Shown: in pieces, positions 37,159 to 52,149 of the stretch
Position numbering within the stretch: position 1 is the first letter of the stretch
How the letters are laid out: every line of letters begins with the position of its first letter
NCBI GenBank assembly: GCA_951406725.2
Contig: OX597819.1
Span: 33,232,001-33,296,000, forward strand
Origin: Octopus vulgaris
Taxonomy: Eukaryota
Direction of reading: 5' to 3'
DNA length: 64,000 nucleotides
The notes under the pieces: generated by a model
Databases searched by the model: none
Told to the model about the DNA's origin: nothing
The model's input: only the letters and a program-made list of their open reading frames with translations
Made by a program: the position numbers and the translations under genes

Positions 37159-38577
37159 AGAGAGAGGTTCTACCTGTCATGCCGGAAGGAGAAAGCAGCG
37201 GCAGCTCTACTGAGAGATAAACAAAGACCGAAATAAAATGTTATAGAGATAGATCAGATAGATAAGCAGATAGGTGGGAGATGAATCAAGAGAATGACAG
37301 AGAAAGAGATAAAGAGAGTTGAGGAGAGAGAGAGAGAGAAAGAGAAAGAGAGAGAGAGAAATAAAGATAGCATAAACGTTTTCAGGAGTTTGGATTAGGC
37401 TAAGAGACCTAGTTAGTTGTCTTTTAGTTAAAAAAATTGTAAGGATGAATATGACAGCAATATCCGTTAATTAGATCATAAATTTTTGAGTAAATTAATT
37501 AGTGGGGATGTGTGGAGAATACAGGAGCGGTGCTGGATCAGACATGCTCATACGTGTACATTTGTACATTCGTATTTATGTTGTTTGTAATTCAATACAC
37601 GTCGTTACATAATTACATACATACGCGCATATACGTTTACTAATACACACATACACACCCGTGTACCCATTTTGACATACATGCACATACACAAACACTA
37701 TCTAACGTTGAATATTACCGATATCTTTGTTTCATATACACACATACAATCGTATAGAGTTACACATTCATACATACACAGGTATACACATATATACACA
37801 CACAACTTAGAATTAAAATATATTATTTAATTGCTGACAAGACAACAGTATTTATTTTTGTAACTATAATATACCACTAAATATAATTGGTTTGTAAGAC
37901 AATACTATGTCTTACCGTCTGTGAAGAATGCTATAATTTCATTTTCAAAGTTATGTCTAAAAATTTTCCATTGAATTTAGAGCTAGCACCGTAAGTTAGA
38001 TGTTTTGTAAGCAAATACGTCTACGTAAACAATGCGATCGGGTATAGATACATATGTCAAGGATTATTGTCCTTTCATCAGCACCTAATCAAACCTATCA
38101 ACTATCCGCGGACACATTGTTTAAATACCTACTAGGTATTTGGTATATAATATTATTATATTCTATATTATCAAATTCAACTTTCTATTTTCATTCCGTT
38201 TTATTTAAAGCCGAAAACATCCAGGTTACTTTCTTCCCTTTCTTTTGCTTTAGAATATTCCATTTCTCACCACAAGTTTTTCCCTCAACACCCACTATTT
38301 TGCTAGCTGATGAAGTGGATGTTAGGATGGGTCAGATAGTTTAGAGAGCGATTGTTGAACATATAACACGTTACAGTACAAGTGATAGGCGAACGGTACC
38401 GAGTATTATCGATACTATTATACAGAGACGTAGATGTTATATTTTAAACATAAAAACAATAGAAAGCTTCATTTATTCATAATGAGAAACTTGGGATAGA
38501 TCATGGGAAAATGGAGTCAGAAACATCCTAACAACCTCATCGTAAATAAAGCCAAGCATCATACCATGGAAAACATT

Positions 38578-38788
38578 TTGGTTTCAAATTTTGTCACAAG
38601 GCCAGCAATTTCGGGAGAGGAGTAGGTCGGTTAAGTCGATTCCAGTCTTCAACTCGTACTTTTTTTACCGAATTCAAAAAGGATGAAAGGCAAAGTAGAT
38701 CCCGTCCGTATTTGAACTCAGGACGCAAAGACGGACGAAATGCCCCTAAGTATTTTACTCTGTGTGCTAACGATTCTGCCAGCTTACC
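38578..38788 (-). mobile_element. Family-B SINE (diverged)
   Basis: Core and head motifs. Confidence 0.65.
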
Positions 38789-39074
38789 TTCTTTTTCGCT
38801 TAAAGTAAAGTATATTGTTAAAATGAAACCTCTGCTTATTTAGCCATGTTAAAAAAATTGGCGGACACTCAGTTACCCAGGCAAATCCTCTTCTCAGAAT
38901 TGTGTATAGGGTTGAGAAACCAATCTACTCAAATCAGACACAAGGAAGCATTTAAACGTTAAATATGAAGGGTACACGTAGAGAGAAGAGTGAAGTAATC
39001 ATTTCTCTTCTGACTATACGATTCGTAATATTTCAGGCAAACACTCATAGTCCGCGATTGATAGACTGTCTACA

Positions 39075-40140
39075 ATAATGATGGTGATGACGACAGCGAC
39101 GACGATATAGTGATGATGATAACGATGATGACAACGCCGACGCTGGTGCTGCTGCTGATGATGATGATGATGTGGTGGTGGTGGTGGCGATGGTAGTGGT
39201 AATACTGGTAATGATGATAATGATGATGGTGATGATGATCATCATCATCATGACCTATTTTATCGATGACTTATTTTATCGAATGTCACAGTTTCTCATA
39301 GGTTTACTCATGTTTACTCAACTGAGCCGACTTAGGGCTAGAAAATAACACCAATACCATCACCAATACCCCTACCACGACCACGACCACCACGACCACC
39401 ACCACCAGTGCCAATACCAACGCGAACTGCAACACCAACAACACCAACAATACCAGCAAAACCAGTCGCAACACCAATCATGATGCTAACGTCATCACGA
39501 TCACCAATGTCAACAACACCACAACTACTACCGTTACAACCACAACCACAACCACAACCACGACAAATACCGCTACCGCTACAACAGATACTATCATCAA
39601 AACCACTAAGAATGTAATTACCACGATTACCATTCCTATCAGCATCATCAACAAAAGCAGCACCACCATCAATGGGACAACCATCCCAACAAAACAAAAA
39701 CATCATTACAACTACTATCACAACCACAACCACAACCACAACTACAAACACCAACACCACAATAATCACCAGCGCCACCACGACCAATGCAACAGTCGCC
39801 ATCACTCCAACCAACACCACCACCACTACCACCACCTCTACCACCACCACCACCTCTACCCTCCCCCCACTACCACCACCTTGTAAACCACAGTCAACAC
39901 AGCTTGCCTATCACAATCATCCCTGAATACAATCATCATCACTACCGCAACCAGCCTCGCCATAACAAACCATAGCCACTATCACCACCACCACCACCAC
40001 CACCACCACCACCACCACCATTGCTTAACGACCAGCTCAACAATGACTCCCACAACCGCAGCCGCCGCCCCTCTTTACTTCTCTGTGGACTAAACACTAA
40101 AAGAAATTTCCCCACCCCCACCCCCACCACCAACATCCAT
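39075..40140. repeat. Cryptic trinucleotide low-complexity region (GAT/GGT then ACC/ACA-rich)
   Basis: Seen directly. Confidence 0.8.
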
Positions 40141-40351
40141 ATTTTATTTTCTTTCTAAACTGAGAGCCTATTGATTGCAGTCAATTCTATTTCAGACCTG
40201 GATTGGCTTCTCATAGTTTTCATTGTCTATTGTAGCACAGCAAGAGTAAATCATAAGAGAAAGCACGCGGTTATATGAAGAGAGGGGAGGAGGGCAAATA
40301 AAGATACAGAGAGAGAGAAGAGAAGAGAATAGGAGAGAAGAGAAGAAGAAG

Positions 40352-40404
<53 letters not shown>

Positions 40405-40480
40405 TTGTGTAGTGTAATATATGGCGGAACGTGATAACGTTGGATGCGAGGTGCTGAAGAGACGTAATAAAAGAACAGAA

Positions 40481-40563
40481 ACATACATACATACATACAT
40501 ACATACATACATACATACATACATACATACATACATACATACATACATACATACATACATACA

Positions 40564-40596
<33 letters not shown>

Positions 40597-41159
40597 GCAT
40601 ATATACATACATACATACAAACATACATACATGCATACATGCATATATGCATATATACATACATACATACATACATACATACATACATACATACATGCAT
40701 ACATGCATATATGCATATATACATACATACATGCATACATACATGCATACATGCATATATGCATATATACATACATACATACATACATAGATACATGCAT
40801 ACATACATATATACATACATGCATACATGCATATATGCATATATACATACATACATACATACATACATGCATATATGCATATATACATACATACATACAT
40901 ACATACATACATGCATACATGCATATATGCATATATACATACATACATACATACATACATGCATACATGCATATATGCATATATACATACATACATGCAT
41001 ACATACATGCATACATGCATATATGCATATATACATACATACATACATACAAAGATACATGCATACATACATATATACATACATGCATACATGCATATAT
41101 GCATATATACATACATACATACATACATACATACATACATACATGCATATATGCATATA

Positions 41160-41193
<34 letters not shown>

Positions 41194-41247
41194 CATACAT
41201 GCATACATGCATATATACATACATACATACATACATACATACATACA

Positions 41248-41277
<30 letters not shown>
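40481..41277. repeat. (CATA)n-derived minisatellite with higher-order units
   Basis: Recurring catgcatacatgcatatatgcatatatacata. The marker agatacatg recurs 264 bp apart (40789 and 41053). Confidence 0.9.
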
Positions 41278-41279
<2 letters not shown>

Positions 41280-41280
41280 G

Positions 41281-41318
<38 letters not shown>

Positions 41319-41371
41319 GTTTAAATATTTTATTGGCTAAACTGGCAATATGACCATTCCGAAATATAACA

Positions 41372-41478
<107 letters not shown>

Positions 41479-41837
41479 GAAATTATAAATAAGGTATACC
41501 ACAATGGTTGAAACCGCTGTTAAAACCTACATCTAAAACCACATCATGTATTCAATAAAGCACAAGGAGAAAAGACAAACAGATAAACAAAAACAAAAAC
41601 TAGTAAAAATTGGATAATTTCAAACCCTGGGTTTCTGGCTCTGTATAAAAATACTCTGCCTTCGTCAATGAAATATACTAAGAATTGTACATAATTACAT
41701 AAACACACAGACACACACAGTCACACACACAAACACACACATACACACATATATATAAATATTATATATATATATATATATACATACATACACAAACATG
41801 AATACTCAAGTATACGCACGCGTATACACATATATAG

Positions 41838-42170
41838 TGTGTGACCCCCTTCGGTCAGACACTGACCATGGGTTTGCACCTAGAGAGTTACCCTCTGAGG
41901 CGCAAGTCTGGGCAAGGTTGTTTTATGGAAGACCAGCAGTCGCCCATGCATACCGGCCTCCCCTCTCCACATCAACGATGTTGTCCAAGGGAAAGGCAAG
42001 GGCCGATACAGCTTGGCACCCGTGACGTCGCAACTCATTTTTACAGCTGAGTGAACTGGAGCAACGTGAAATAAAGTGTCTTGCTCAAGAACACAACACG
42101 CAGCCCGGTCCGGGATTCGAGCTCACAACCTCACGATCGTAAGCTCGACGCTCTAACCGCTGAGCCATGC
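41838..42170 (-). mobile_element. tRNA-derived SINE, family C
   Basis: Head gcatggctcagcggttagagcg..gagctcgaatccc, body shared with the copy at 19660. Confidence 0.75.
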
Positions 42171-42302
42171 AGGTATATACCCGACCAGTTCAGTTATCCG
42201 TTCAAACACCATGTGCTATATGGTCAAAATACCACCGTAGTGATTTGATCGTTGTTTAAGTAACGGTCTTATCGTTCTTTATACAGAAATTCACACATAT
42301 AA

Positions 42303-42500
42303 GGCGGCGAGCCGGCAGAAACTTTAGCACGCCGGGTGAAATGCTTAGCTGTATTTCGTCTGTCTTTACGCTTTGAGTTCAAATTCCGCCGAGGTCGACT
42401 TTGCCTTTCATCCTTTCGTGGTCGATAAATTAAGTACTAGTTGCGTACTTGAGTCCCAAACTTCCCAAAACTTTTGGACGTTGCGCCTGGCGTAGAAAAG
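42303..42500 (+). mobile_element. Family-B SINE
   Basis: Head plus core. Confidence 0.8.
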
Positions 42501-42582
42501 ACATATATATATATTATTTTTTTCAGAATGTGATAAAAAAAAAAGCCAGCGCTGTGAAGATTTTAGAACATTTATAAATAGG

Positions 42583-42628
42583 TCTTACAGCTGTTTCCAG
42601 GAAATTTATTATATCCCTTCATCGTAGA
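42583..42628 (-). ncRNA. Decayed minimal hammerhead in a Penelope-like pLTR remnant (~42510-42790)
   Basis: tct-aCGAUGA-agggatataataaatttcctg-GAAAC-agct-GUA-aga; core positions 3-4 are mutated. Confidence 0.5.
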
Positions 42629-42974
42629 TGGTGTAAGAAAATCGTTAAGCAATAGTTAATTTAGATAAGATACGAAATAGAGAGTGTAGTGGCGGAATGT
42701 AAATAGATGTGAGATATTCAAGCGTATTGCATTTGTATATCCATTATTTAGGCAGAATGGTATACATATAAGATCCCAATACCTTGTGAGTAAGTCCCAA
42801 TAGTATTTAAAATTGGTCATTCCAAGTATAGAGTTTGTGCACAGTGTTATTGAATCGAAGGTTTTATTTAAAGTAGAGCTTAACTATGGTCTATCCATAG
42901 CACTTACTCAGCATTACCTGACACCTTTGGGTCTTATTGACACCATTACCTCTCATAACCTAAATGTGACCTCG

Positions 42975-43168
42975 TGTGTACCGTTGTCGATTTTTTTTCC
43001 CTCTGTCTTCCCTTTTCTGTATCTTTCCTTCTCCTATGTTTCCAACGAAGAGCTCCGCTCGAAACGTTAAGCCCTCCTTCTTTCCTGAGCGTCCAATAAT
43101 ACTATATTTGTTCCACGTCCTCGCGTTGTTGTTTTTTTTTTTGTGCTTTCTTGTTTGGATTAACTTTA
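42975..43168 (+). mobile_element. Penelope-like pLTR remnant (copy of 20632-20826)
   Basis: High identity to the 20632 copy; hammerhead remnant at 43039-43071. Confidence 0.7.
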
Positions 43169-43391
43169 TATATATAAACAGGTACGTGTAATGTGGTACC
43201 ATAAAGGAAAAATTCAATCGTCACTAAGTGTGACTAAGGGTGGCGAAGCGCATGCATTGCTAGAAATAAGAGTTAAAATAATCTTAATGCTGTAGGAAGC
43301 GTACAAATGTATACACACATGCTGAACAAGGGAGGTATATACACATGTATATGTATGTGTGTGTGTATCTATATATATACACACACACACA

Positions 43392-44391
43392 CAGAGGATG
43401 CGATGGGCAAATTGTCGCCATTTTATATTTTTAATTTCGCGCATGCGTATGGTTTGTTTTTGAATTTGATTTGTCAACTACAAAGTCTAGTAGGGTCAGT
43501 TGGGCACCATCTGTGAGAAAAGCAGCACCATGACGCAATTCACTCTGCCATAAATTTGGAAACAACCTACTGTACTGCCTGACATTCGCACCAGAAGCGC
43601 CAATATCAACATTTCAGAGTGTTTGGGTGTCAATCCGAGGGCAGTGCAAATCTGAGGACATGTACCGAGAGTGATAAAAATCAAACATCCTGTCAGCATC
43701 ATGGTGTTTGAAGTGATCACTAGTCATGGTGACATTATAACTCCATTCATTTTGCACGCGGCGTCAGACTCAACACAGAGGCCTACATCAAGTGTCTGGA
43801 GGAGGTAGTTCTGCCCTGGGTGTAGAGGGTGGCTGCTGGAAGACCTATGTTTAGCAACAGGACTCTGCACCATGCCGCACAAGCAGGACAACATGGCTGT
43901 CAGACACTTTCTGCGACCACCTCATCTCTAACATCTGCCCACCTAATTCTCCAGACTGAAACCCCATGCCTATCACAATCATCCTTGAACACAATCCTCA
44001 CTACCGCAACCAGCCTCGTCATAACAAACTATAGCCACTATCACCACCATCATCACCACCACCACCATTGCTTAACGACCAGCTCAACAATGACTCCCAC
44101 AACCGCTTCCGCCTTACTTTTTTCTGTGGACTAAACACTAAAAGAAATTTCCCGAATACAAGGATTCTGGCAGCATTCACCATCACCATCTTAAATAAGG
44201 AGACCATTCAGAAGAGTTGTAGGAGATACCGAAGTCGTCTGGAGGCCGTGGTTGAAACCAAATGCGATTTTATTGAATGCATTTACTTTTTAGTATTTCA
44301 TGATATTTTTATGTAATTTTGGTTAAAATGAGATGTCGGTATTATTTTCCTTTTTGTGTAATTTAGATGACAGTTTTTTTCACCGCACCAT

Positions 44392-44392
<1 letters not shown>
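43392..44392 (+). mobile_element. Decayed maT/DD37D-type Tc1/mariner element carrying a foreign insert
   Basis: KHPVSIMVF.VITS.GD, LNTEAYIKCLEEVVLPW and QQDSAPC remnants; imperfect TIRs. Confidence 0.75.
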
Positions 44393-44451
<59 letters not shown>

Positions 44452-44659
44452 ACACACATGAAATGAAAGTTATTAATTTAAGAATAACAACGGAACATAT
44501 ATTGATGAAGTGACTCAATACTAAATATTGAGAGTAGAGTCAAACTTTAAAATTCCAGTTAGCAGAAACCTCCTAAGATTCGCCAACAGGCTTGATTAGC
44601 CTGTAAAGAAGGTTCCATCTTCAGGTAATTTTAACTAGGAAGGCAGTGTTGGCATAGCT

Positions 44660-44861
44660 TCAGTGTTGGCAGTGTTGGCATAGCTTCCAGTGTAAATAAC
44701 TCCCAACTCTGTCATGTCTGTGAATACATTCTTTCTTGGTCAGGACTGGTCAGCCAGAGACAATATGATTTATTGGTTCTTCTCCATCACCACATATTCT
44801 GCAGTTAGTTGCATTTCTTTTCTTTATGTGTTTTTGGTGATTTCTTGTGGGAATGCTTTGA

Positions 44862-44862
<1 letters not shown>
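44660..44862 (-). mobile_element. R4/Dong internal fragment (CCHC-RHD region)
   Basis: Manual translation NCRICGDGEEPINHIVSG*PVLTKKECIHRHDRVGSYLHWKLCQH. Confidence 0.8.
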
Positions 44863-44913
<51 letters not shown>

Positions 44914-45350
44914 GAGTGAGAGAGCAGTGCATGCCATCAAAGTAACACTGGGGTAAAATATACGAAGCCTAGTATACCCATCATGACTACACATCTGATA
45001 AGGGTACACCAGGCACATGCTTCACAACCATATGTGATAAACAGCGCATGACCTAGTTGGTGTGGCCCAGTTAGAATTTTCTTCTGGTCGAGTAGCCCAT
45101 CCCGCTCAAAAGGTCCCTGAATAAGGGTTGTTTAAGGATGTTGAACGAACCACCCTTGTTTCCAAAGGTGAATTATCCAAACCTCTAAGAATTGCCTTCA
45201 ACACATGGCTATGATGCTCCCCACTACTTCTGCTCATGATCAGAAAGGCACATGTTATCAGGCACCAAGGGACATGCTCAACTGATTAAGGTCAAACAAC
45301 TGACAAGTAAATCTGTGGTACTGAGCAGAATATTTGCTGTAGCCCATCTT
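44914..45350 (-). mobile_element. ~555-bp retroposon, 5'-truncated copy
   Basis: Same 3' end, truncated after agcccatctt, in (ATT)n. Confidence 0.88.
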
Positions 45351-45354
45351 ATTA

Positions 45355-45419
<65 letters not shown>

Positions 45420-45918
45420 GAGTGAGAGAGCAGTTCATGCCATCAAAGTGACACTGGGGTAAAATATACGAAGCCCAATATACCCATCATGACTACCCGT
45501 CTGATAAGGGTACACCAGGCACATGCATCACAACCATATGTACGCGACATGGTGATCTCATATCAAGATAAACAGCACATGACCTTGCAGGTGGGGGCCC
45601 AGTTAGAATTTTCTTCAGGTTGGGTAGCCCATCCCGCTCAAAAGGTCCCTGAATAAGGGTTGTTTAAGGATGTTGAAAGAACCACCCATGTTTCCAGAAG
45701 TGAATTATTCAAACCCCAAAGAATCCCTCTCAACACATGGCTATGATACTCCCCCACTACTTCTGCTCGTGATCAGAGATGCACATATTGTCAGCCACTA
45801 AGGGACATGCTCAACTGGTTAAAGTCAAACAACTGACAAACAAATCTGTGGTATTGAGCAGAATATTTGCTGTAGCCCATCTTTTATACCAAGACAAAAC
45901 AATGTACATGATAACACT
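45420..45918 (-). mobile_element. ~555-bp retroposon, 5'-truncated copy
   Basis: Same 3' end, truncated after gataacact. Confidence 0.9.
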
Positions 45919-45948
45919 ATTATTATTATTATTATTATTATTATTATG

Positions 45949-46459
45949 GAGTGAGAGAGCAGTTCATGCCATCAAAGTGACACTGGGGTAAAATATACGA
46001 AGCCCAATATACCCATCATGAATACCCGTCTCATAAAGGTACACCAGGCACATGCATCACAACCATATGTGCGCGACATGGTGATCTCATATCAAGATAA
46101 ACAGCACATGACCTTGCAGGTGGGGCCCAGTTAGAATTTTCTTCAGGCTGAGTAGACCATCCCGCTCAAAAGGTCCCTGAATAAGGGTTGTTTAAGGATG
46201 TTGAAAGAACCACCCATGTTTCCAGAGGTGAATTATTCAAACCCCAAAGAATCCCTCTCAACACATGGCTATGATGCTCCCCCACTACTATGCTCGTGAT
46301 CAGAGATGCACATATTGTCAGCCACTAAGGGACATGCTCAACTGGTTAAGGTCAAACAACTGACAAGCAAAACTGTGGTATTGAGCAGAATATTTGCTGT
46401 AGCCCATCTTTTATACCAAGACAAAACAATGTACATGATAACACTTCCAATCAGTTAAG

Positions 46460-46463
<4 letters not shown>
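45949..46463 (-). mobile_element. ~555-bp retroposon, 5'-truncated copy
   Basis: Same 3' end, truncated after ttaagatca. Confidence 0.9.
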
Positions 46464-46546
<83 letters not shown>

Positions 46547-46555
46547 ATTATTATT

Positions 46556-47138
46556 CAGTAGTTTTATTTTTATAGCGTGCTTTCACTTCACTACCGAGTG
46601 CAGCTCTGTGTGCCTTGGGTATGTGCTGTGATTTGTTGTGATGCTCTGATGGTTATTGTATGGAAAGTGTTCTGCGTAGGATGTGTGCAGTGCCTAGTAG
46701 TGCAATTTTCTGTATGTTATATGTGTTTGTAAGTCCTGGTGTTTTTGTTATGTATTTGTCTGAATATTTTTTTATCATGCCTAATGCACCTACTATGATA
46801 GGAATTGTTTCTGTTTTCAGGTTCCACATTCTAGTTACCTCTATTTCCAGGTCTTTGTATTTTGAGAGTTTCTCCATTTCTTTTAGAGACACGTTGTCAT
46901 CTGCCGGTATTGATACATCAATTAGAAAGCATTTTTTTTCTTCATGATCTCTGACAACTATATCTGGTCTGTTGGCCTTAATTTCTCTATCTGTGTGTAT
47001 CGGCATATCCCAGAGTATGGTTGCTTTCTCGTTTTCTGTGACCTTTTCTGGTGTGTGCCTATACCATCTTTTTTCTGTTGTTATTCCATAATGTTGGCAT
47101 AGCTTCCAATGTATGTAGGTTCCAACTCTGTCATGTCT

Positions 47139-47140
<2 letters not shown>
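46556..47140 (-). mobile_element. R4/Dong family C, 5'-truncated (RLE domain plus 3'UTR)
   Basis: ORF 46653-47006 PIHTDREIKANRPDIVV..DVSIP..KLSKYKDL, clearly homologous to the C-terminus of the 8060 ORF; (ATT)n flanks. Confidence 0.9.
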
Positions 47141-47203
<63 letters not shown>

Positions 47204-47218
47204 ATTATTATTATTATT

Positions 47219-47616
<398 letters not shown>

Positions 47617-48913
47617 GAAAGCTCACAGCTTATTTTACTGAGATGATATTAAGTGTCAGTTGTCCACAGCCAGCAGACTAAAGTGACACTTGTTTACTGA
47701 TCATACTTCAAGAAACCTGCGAAGAATTCTTGCAGTTCCAAACAATGCTGATTTTTGTAGGTGTTCTACCTTTACACTTGCACCAATCTTTTTCATCTAA
47801 GTTGGAATTTGAGTGTTGATCCTTCCAAGTGCACCAATTACTATTTGTATCATGTCTGCTCTCTTCATTGACCGCAACCTTCGTATTTCCCACTTCAAAT
47901 CGTCTTAGTTGTTTGATTTTTATTTTTCTTTCACATTGATCCTGTTGTCACCGAAGCATGCTATATCGATTATCATGTATGTTCTTTCTTTTTTTATTAA
48001 CCACAACAATGTGTAGTTTGCGATGTCTGGTCGGGTGATCGCACTGAATAATTGCATCGCACAGGATTTCGGTGACTCTTTCTGGAGTTTGCTCATACCA
48101 CGTCTTTGTAGGCCGTGCTCCTAATGGATTATTCTTGCGACATTTTCATGTCATCTTTTGTATTGGCGTTATGCCAATTTCGGGCATTCACTAACGATGT
48201 GCCAAAGCGTTTCACTCCTCTCACCACACATTCTGCATTTGTCGCTATCGGTAGTGTTGTCTATTCTTCATATAGTTGGTCCTTAACGCTTGTTCCTGAG
48301 CTGCGCATGTGAGTGCTTCTGCCTCTATCTTCATCTCACTCTTCCTCATCCATAGCCACTGGTCCTTTGTATCTGTATTGGTGTTCACATCTCTTGCAAA
48401 CTGACCGTACATTTTCTTTTCCTTCCATGCCTTTCGTTTTTCTTTTCTTTATATTTTGTTTATTTCTTGTTCACGGCATTTTTTATATACCAACCTAGGA
48501 TGTTTTTCTCTGCTTTGATATATTCCTGGTAACTGATCAAGCTCTCCCACTCTTACTTCTGGACAAGTACAACCTATCGGTGTCACTCTTAGGGTGGAAG
48601 GCTCCATGTATTGTCAACATTTTTCTGGTTTTTGGTATCCATTTTCTTCACTTCTCTCTTTTGCCATTTTATAATTCCCGCTCCATACTGAAGTGATGCT
48701 ATCACCTATGTATTAACTGCTTGGATTTTATTCATTCCAGTCAATTTTCAGCGCAACACCAACCTCAGTCTTCGGAAATATTCCATCCTCAGTTGCTCTT
48801 TCATTTCTTTTTCCATTATCTCGTTGAACTCTAGTAAACAAAGGTATTTGGTTCCTTCCGTTTTATTTTGTTTAATCAGGTCTCTGTTCGGTAATTCTAT
48901 CCCTGCCAGAGAT
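47617..48913 (-). mobile_element. R4/Dong family B, decayed 5'-truncated copy
   Basis: 3'UTR shared with 11326; RT-end and RLE remnants; (ATT)n flanks. Confidence 0.75.
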
Positions 48914-48915
48914 AC

Positions 48916-48997
<82 letters not shown>

Positions 48998-49048
48998 CGG
49001 AGCTTTTAACTGGTAGCACTTGCATGTGCAAGTTGTTTGCAAGACATC

Positions 49049-49145
<97 letters not shown>

Positions 49146-49153
49146 CATTATTA

Positions 49154-49193
<40 letters not shown>

Positions 49194-49218
49194 CATTATT
49201 ATTATTATTATTATTATT

Positions 49219-49656
49219 GAGTGAGAGAGCAGTTCATGCCATCAAAGTGACACTGGGGTAAAATATACGAAGCCCAATATACCCATCATGACTACCCGTC
49301 TGATAAAGGTACACCAGGCACATGCATCACAACCATATGTGCACGACATGGTGATCTCATATCAAGATAAACAGCACATGACCTTGCAGGTGGGGCCCAG
49401 TTAGAATTTTCTTCAGGTTGAGTAGCCCATCCTGCTCAAACGGTCCCTGAATAAGGGTTGCTTTAGGATGTTGAACGAAACACCTATGTTTCCAGAGGTG
49501 AACCATTCAAACTCCAAAGAATCCCTCTCAACACATGGCCATGATGCTCCCCCACTACTTCTGCTCGTGATCAGAGATGCACATATCGTCAGCCACTAAG
49601 GGACATGCTCAACTGGTTAAGGTCAAACAACTGACAAGCAAATCTGTGGTATTGAG
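49219..49656 (-). mobile_element. ~555-bp retroposon, 5'-truncated copy
   Basis: Same 3' end, truncated after gtggtattgag. Confidence 0.9.
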
Positions 49657-49657
49657 A

Positions 49658-49772
<115 letters not shown>

Positions 49773-49807
49773 CATTATTATCATTATTATTATTATTATT
49801 ATTATTA

Positions 49808-49841
<34 letters not shown>

Positions 49842-49849
49842 CATTATCA

Positions 49850-49892
<43 letters not shown>

Positions 49893-49924
49893 CATTATTA
49901 TCATTATTATTATTATTATCATCA

Positions 49925-49959
<35 letters not shown>

Positions 49960-50990
49960 TGACATTTGATAGTCTCGGGCAAATTTCCACTGCATCATCT
50001 TGTGCTACCCCACCATGTTGCTGAGGTATGTGCAGCATTGCATGTTCTTGTTTTGTTGGCTGAGTTTTGACTCTTCCTGATGCTGTATTGCACCAGTTTG
50101 TTTTGTTATGGATTTTGGCTTGAGCCTTTTGTTGTATTAGTATTTGCATTATGTGTCGTGTGCATAATACGATTTGCGTTGTCTCTGCTGGCTATACGAC
50201 CTGCAGAGTATATGTTGCGAGGGTTGTTTATTTTATTGGATATTTTCTGTGTGGAGTGTGTTTCGTATTTGTAGATTGTTAATTTGGGGTTGTGTTATTG
50301 AATTGATAATGGCTTGCGTAGGAAATGGTGTCGGGCTGTTTTTGGATAGTCTGTAGTGTTGTGAGTCCAGGTATGGATTCTACGTTTTTATTCATGCGTT
50401 TTTACCATACCCAGTGCTCTAGTGATTACTGGTATTGTTTTAGACCTTCATGCCCCAAATCTTGAATATTTCAGTTTTGGTATCTTTGTACTTTGACAGC
50501 TTTTTCACTTCTTTTTTTACCAGTATAATGGTAAGAAAGGACTGCAATGCCAATTAGTAAGCAGCTGTTTCTTCCTAATCCTTCATTACTACGCCCGGGA
50601 GATTACCTTTGATTTCTTTGTCAGTTTGAACAGGGATATCCCCGATGATAATGGCTTGACCGTTGTCTTGTACCTTGTTAGGCACATGTTTATACTACTT
50701 ATTGTTAGGTTTTTATATTGTAGTGTTAGCATATTGCCCAGGAGATGTAACTACTTATTCACTAATGTCTGTATATATATTGTTTTGGCTAAAACTAAAC
50801 AGTTCAATTTTTGCTAAAACTGAACAGCCAGAGATGATGTGGTCAGCTGTCTCATTGGGCTGCTTGCACATTCTGCATTTCGTGATGGAGCCCGTTTTCA
50901 TTATTTTGCCTTTATAGTGGTCAGGCATTGGTCTCGTGCATCGAAAATCAGTCCTTCCATTTCTGCTTTGTTGCCTTTCACTTAAAACAG
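49960..50990 (-). mobile_element. Old R4/Dong-like 3' fragment
   Basis: Manual translations CRMCKQPNETADHIISGCS, KLSKYKDTKTEIFKIWGMK and PVITRALGMVK. Confidence 0.7.
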
Positions 50991-51565
50991 GTTTAAAAAG
51001 GATAGCTATTTAGTTTTGGGATGTCTGTATATGTGCGCTCTAGCTACGACTACCACTCTATATTACCTTATTCGTGCAAAACCATTACTTGACCAAGGAT
51101 GAAAATAAAGCAGGCTGACATTTATAATGCCGATAATAGCATTAGAAGAAATAGCTATCTGTTTGTAATTTGTAAATGCTTATAGTACTTCGTGCTTTTG
51201 TTCGTTCTGTGTTGGCAGAAGGGGGTTATTTCAGAATGTTTATTAAGCAGTTTTAGCATGAAGCATGATATTTCAAGTCAGATGTGCAAAGTTGACAAGA
51301 TTTATTCTGGTATAGCTTGGAATATGTGAGATAATGTTTGTTTGAATTTCATATAAATTCAGACAGGGGGTTGCCTGTATTTCTGTGTATGTGTTGGTTG
51401 GTTAAATCTATTTTTGAATGAATTTGCAGTGAAACTGATATATCAAAAAGAGGAGACTCAGAGAGAGTGGAAGAGAAATGAATTTATGAAGAGATTGGTC
51501 AGAATTAGAGGTAGAGGAGCCCGGATGTGTTTGTAGCAAAGGATTAGTATAAACAGTGGTACAAA

Positions 51566-51982
51566 CTCTTTACTCCTCTTTTACTCTTTTACTTGTTTCA
51601 GTAATTTGACTGCGGCCATGCTGGAGCAACCCCTTTAATCGAGCAACTCGACCCCGGGACTTATTCTTTTATAAGCCCAGTACTTACTCTATCGGTCTCT
51701 TTTGCCGAACCGCTAAGTAACGGGGACATAAACACACCAGCATCGGTTGTCAAGCAATGCTAGGGGGACAGACACACAAACACACAGACATACATATATA
51801 TGTATATATACATATATATACGACAGGCTTCTTTCAGTTTCCGTCTACCAAATCCACTCACAAGGCATTGGTCGGCCCGGCGCTATAGCAGAAGACACTT
51901 GCCCAAGATGCCACGCAGTGGGACTGAACCCGGAACCATGTGGTTGGTTAGCAAGCTACTTACCACACAGCCACTCCTGCGC
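51566..51982 (-). mobile_element. Family-A SINE
   Basis: Near-complete reverse-complement copy of 2690-3118. Confidence 0.85.
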
Positions 51983-52149
51983 CTATTTCTTTGGTGAGGC
52001 ATTCTTCCAGTAGAGGGCAAGTGTTTCCATTATTACAGTTGCAATTACTTGCGTTATTGTCAACTGGTTTTTGTTCGCTTGATACTTGCTATTATTTGTG
52101 AAAAGTTATTAGTTGTAGAGTAAGCTATTTTTATAAAGTACACTAATAT

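Noticed and set aside
39338-39975. Thr/Pro-rich or Val/Gly-rich ORFs resembling mucin-like exons
   Set aside because: Cryptic trinucleotide low complexity with stops in every frame and no convincing splice signals.
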